A DNA stretch of 64,000 bases from assembly GCA_965277405.1 (NCBI GenBank), contig OZ255726.1:2048001-2112000 (forward strand). Direction: 5' to 3'. Positions 62,014 through 64,000 of the stretch are shown in pieces (within the stretch, counting starts at the first letter, position 1; the number at the start of each line of letters is the position of its first letter). Under the pieces are notes generated by a model. The model ran no database searches and was not told where the DNA came from. It saw only the letters and a program-made list of their open reading frames with translations. Made by a program: the position numbers and the translations under genes. The DNA comes from Gammaproteobacteria bacterium. Lineage in GTDB: Bacteria; Pseudomonadota; Gammaproteobacteria; G965277405.

Positions 62014-63945
62014 CTAAATATTTATACTTTTTGTTAAGAATTTATGTTTACTTGCTACCCAAACGCCGATTAAAGAAAGAGCCATACCAGCCCATGCAAT
62101 AGCAGGCATAAATTCATCTAATACAATACTCGCAATAATCAATGCAAAGGGCGGAACTAAAAAAAACAAAGAGTTGACACTGGTTAAATTGTTTTTTCTA
62201 ATCAATAGTAGCAGTATAGAAATAGAAATTATCGTATTGAAAATCACTAGATAAAAAAGAGATCCTATCAGCGAAAACGACCAAATTATTTTGTTTGTCT
62301 CAAATGCAAGCGCGAATGGTAGCGTGAAAATTAAGGCAATTGAGCACTGTATACAACTTGCAATTAAAGGGTGACAAAGAGTTTTGTGGCGTTTTTCATA
62401 AATTATTCCAATTGTCATTCCTGCAAGGGATATACATGCCAAAAGTAAACTATTCAGAGAAGTGAATTCGACTGTGGATTTAGCCATAACAACTATTATT
62501 ACACCTAAAGTTCCCAAAAGAAGACCAACCCATTGCAGATAAGAAATTTTTTCATTCAGAATATAAAGGGATATAATTCCTACCAAAATAGGTTGCATTG
62601 AAGCTATCATAGCAAACGTTCCAGCAGACAATCCAGCACTAATTGAAAGATAGAAGAAACAAAAATATACAAATTGTATTAACAAGCCGATTGGCTATGT
62701 TCTGATAGTTTGTTGAAATGCTGTATACAGCATATCCCTCATGAAGCTGGCAGGGGATATATCTCCCCGTTTATTAAGCTCAAACCAACGAAACCATCCA
62801 CAATATTTATGAAGATTTTTAGTTGCAACACCATGAAAAGGGGCTAGCCATTGCTTGAGCCTCATGTGGTAAGCGTTCACCGTTTGAATATGAAAAACTT
62901 TGTCTTTGACCCGCTCACCAAGGCTTTGATTTAACACGACATGATTGATATTTTTCTGCTTGGCTAGATGCTCATAATTGATATGACCGTCGGTACAGAG
63001 AACCAGATCGTCGGCGAGTTTAGGTACAAAGGTTGCCTGTAATTGATCCAGCGTAAAGTGCTCTACAACCTGATCGACAATGTTGCCACTTCGATCGATG
63101 CCAATAACAGCTTTCACTGTAGATGCTTTGCTATTACCGCGTTTTCGCGGCTTGCCAGTGGTTAAATAGCGACTGCCTTTTTCAGAATATTTAAACCAAG
63201 TTTCATCTATTTCGACAATGCCTTCAAGCTGCTTGCTCATAAGTAAATCAGCCAATTTAAGAAATTTATGACGCCATGTGAATGCCGTGGTGAGGTTGAT
63301 GCCGCATTCCTTTGCAGCAATGCGCAGCGATTTTGAATCAACCATCGTTTGGCAGTATTGTTCCCACAGTTCAGGCTTATGCAGACCATTCAATTCTGAA
63401 CCCGTTAGTGCATTATAGGTTTTTAAGCATGATCGACAACGATACCGCTGACGTCCTTTTGACGTGCCCCACTTATAGGTACTGTCATGTTGGCAATGAG
63501 GGCATCCATGTACCGCTTGTTCAAGTAATTTCAGCACTTGAGGTTGCGATTCTGGATTGATTAAATGCTGTTCTAAGTCAGCCTTTTGCTTTAGAGAAAG
63601 CCCATTAACTGCTTGTTTTAACTGATTAAATTCAGAGGTCTTCATGATTTAGAGCATTGTGGATGTGATTGATACTTGTAGCATATCATATTTCAACAAT
63701 TTATTCAAATAGAGCCAGCCGATTATAGAAATATTTAACCAAGAATACACATTTTTTGGCCATTTTAGTTTTAAAAGAAAAATTATTGGTAGGGTAAGTA
63801 TTATTACAAAAAAATAACGCATGGCAAGAAATGTTAATGGTTCTATATATTCGAGTCAAATTTTTACAAATGAAAATCCTGACGCACATAGCAGTATAAA
63901 AATTATTGGAAGAAACAAAGAAAACACAAGATTACTATTTTTCAT
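62014..63945 (-). pseudogene. EamA/DMT transporter split by IS1595 copy B
   Basis: 5' part MKNSNLVFSLF...VKI*LEYIEPLTFLAMRY...IIG rejoins LLIQF... across the TSD; premature TGA at 63856-63858. Confidence 0.88.
62693..63716 (-). mobile_element. IS1595-family IS copy B (1024 bp); transposase at 62695-63645
   Basis: Near-identical to copy A (3 aa differences); TSD AGCCGATT at 62685-62692 and 63717-63724. Confidence 0.95.
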
Positions 63946-64000
63946 ACAACAACCTTTTTATAACTTTAACTTATCAACGGTTCGTGAAGGCAGCTCCGAT

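Noticed and set aside
52221-63716. Composite transposon formed by the two IS1595 copies
   Set aside because: Each copy has its own distinct TSD (CAAATAAT versus AGCCGATT), so they are independent insertions
63856-63858. TGA at a likely Gly position suggesting a donor with genetic code 25
   Set aside because: A single occurrence in a gene already disrupted by an IS; a GGA>TGA mutation is simpler

Overview
Bacterial (proteobacterial-like, probably host-associated) 64 kb window. It holds intact catabolic and uptake clusters (xanthine dehydrogenase plus purine ABC transporter, xylose isomerase plus ABC transporter, glpK, gltA, rpe, a C-P lyase phn cluster with Pho-box-like sites, a peptide ABC transporter plus dipeptidase), interspersed with mobile DNA and deletion-scarred pseudogenes. 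Main points: (1) a complete compact type II-C CRISPR-Cas9 locus (tracrRNA, cas9-cas1-cas2, 20 repeats/19 spacers) bracketed by two inverted copies of an IS5-type MITE; its old end holds duplicated, partly repeat-like spacers. (2) A 2.2 kb IS1595-derived element with near-perfect TIRs and an 8-bp TSD, whose transposase is internally deleted and which carries a restriction-modification pair inside the purine transporter operon. (3) At least 8 copies or fragments of a structured ~290 bp MITE, plus an IS5 transposase remnant. (4) Two near-identical intact IS1595 copies, a HEPN-MNT pair, an IS481 remnant and an AT-rich, apparently Bacteroidota-like fragment. All calls come from reading motifs by eye; no database searches were run.
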